Shown: positions 63,041 through 64,000 of the stretch, in pieces | How positions within the stretch are numbered: the first letter of the stretch is position 1 | Layout of the letters: every line of letters starts with the position of its first letter | Virus record (IMG/VR): IMGVR_UViG_3300038829_000263 | Location: 70,111-134,110 of that record | Length of the DNA: 64,000 nt | Source: a virus | Direction: 5' to 3' (one strand) | Notes under the pieces: generated by a model | Databases searched by the model: none | Told to the model about the DNA's origin: nothing | Seen by the model: the letters and a program-made list of their open reading frames with translations, nothing else | Position numbers and translations under genes: made by a program

Positions 63041-64000
63041 GTGACCGTTCCCAGCAGGCTCAGCAAGCGTCAGGAGAACCTGGGGCCCGCGGGCTTCTTC
63101 GAGCCCGAGGCCCTCACCCCGGCGGCGAACCAGCTCCGAGTCAAGGCCGGCTACGCCTTCATCGGCGGCCAGAACATCGTCGTGCAGACGGCCGACCAGC
63201 TCACCGGCGGCTTCGCCGTCGTCATCGCCGGCAACCGGCGCTACGACCTCGTCTACCTCGACACCCTCGGCGCGCCCCAGATCCTCCAGGGCAACCAGCT
63301 CGCCGTGGCGCAGCCGTTCCCGGAGGGCGCGCCGGGCTGGACGGGCACGAACCCTGGGCCCGCCATCCCCGACAACGTGCAGCCCGTCGCCTGGGTGAAG
63401 GTCGACGAGCCGGCCACGGTCGTCATCGACCACGCCGACATCACGCAGATCAACGGGTTCCTCAAGACGCAGCGCGAGCTCGACGGCTACTTCGTGGACA
63501 AGGGCGACGTGGGCTCCGTTCCCGCCGGCCCCTCCTCGGTCGTCACGGCCAACTTCGTGGGTGAGGACCCGAACGGGTCGGCCTCCCTGCCCTTCCTCCG
63601 GGGCGTCATCACCGTCGCGCCCCTGAACGTCGTGCACATCCTCGACCAGAAGAAGGACGAGATCATCCACGCCGCGACCGGCTCGAAGATCTACGGCCGG
63701 ATCACGTTCGCTGTCGGCGTCTGGACCCTGTCGTACTTCCACACGACCGCGCTGGGGGCGGAGGCGGCCGTCGCGAACATGGCGACGGACACGACCCTCG
63801 GCCCGGGCCTGACCGACATCCAGCTCGTGGGCACGCCCAAGATTTTCAGCAGGAACGACCTCACCCGGCCCATGTTCGCCTCGCCGGCGGCGACCATCTC
63901 CGACCAGGTCGCGGCGGTCCAGGTCGGCGTCGTGCCCCTGGGCGGCATCCTGCTCTGGCAGCCGCCGACGGCCGCCACGGCCCCGGCCGTGCCGACCCTT
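63041..64000 (+). CDS. Tail fibre protein, 3'-truncated (not in the ORF track)
   Basis: GGAGG RBS and GTG 63041; open to the window end; RRYDLVY motif and VPLGGILLW (tail-collar-like start). Confidence 0.75.
   Translation, partial: MTVPSRLSKRQENLGPAGFFEPEALTPAANQLRVKAGYAFIGGQNIVVQTADQLTGGFAVVIAGNRRYDLVYLDTLGAPQILQGNQLAVAQPFPEGAPGWTGTNPGPAIPDNVQPVAWVKVDEPATVVIDHADITQINGFLKTQRELDGYFVDKGDVGSVPAGPSSVVTANFVGEDPNGSASLPFLRGVITVAPLNVVHILDQKKDEIIHAATGSKIYGRITFAVGVWTLSYFHTTALGAEAAVANMATDTTLGPGLTDIQLVGTPKIFSRNDLTRPMFASPAATISDQVAAVQVGVVPLGGILLWQPPTAATAPAVPTL

Larger units (their letters stand above)
1..64000 (+). mobile_element. Large contractile-tailed bacteriophage, virion morphogenesis region (T4-like head genes)
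   Basis: Terminase, portal, prohead protease, capsid, neck, sheath, tube, tape measure and baseplate genes occur in canonical order, nearly all on the + strand. No cellular housekeeping genes are visible. Confidence 0.96.

Noticed and set aside
1-64000. Stop-codon reassignment
   Set aside because: Genes are full length under the standard code, and TAG, TGA and TAA all end genes just before the next start.

Overview
This window is a contiguous 64-kb segment of a large, very GC-rich tailed phage with a contractile tail and T4-like head architecture. It covers most of the virion morphogenesis region on the + strand, in this order: 3' part of the terminase large subunit; portal; gpF-like head protein; a small non-structural island (RuvC-like resolvase, UvrD helicase); fibre/decoration genes; two giant (1570 and 1078 aa) multidomain proteins; prohead protease fused to a long scaffold; major capsid protein; neck; sheath; tube; chaperone; tape measure; baseplate; start of a tail fibre. 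Two free-standing homing endonucleases (LAGLIDADG after the capsid gene, NUMOD4-HNH between sheath and tube) are inserted. I saw no tRNA, rRNA, CRISPR array or integrase. The most unusual observations are: (1) a stand-alone, extein-less mini-intein (Hint) gene with its terminal catalytic residues replaced, plus a second Hint-like fragment gene; (2) giant proteins built from unrelated small domains separated by hydrophobic-x-Glu motifs resembling T4 gp21 cleavage sites, suggesting protease-processed head-cargo polyproteins; (3) one beta-rich module present in about 15 copies across capsid, sheath, baseplate and accessory proteins; (4) a probable +1 frameshift (TTT CGT) in the tail chaperone gene; (5) a conserved promoter-like motif that also flanks uvrD as a direct repeat. 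All functional calls come from motif recognition and gene order by eye; no database searches were run.
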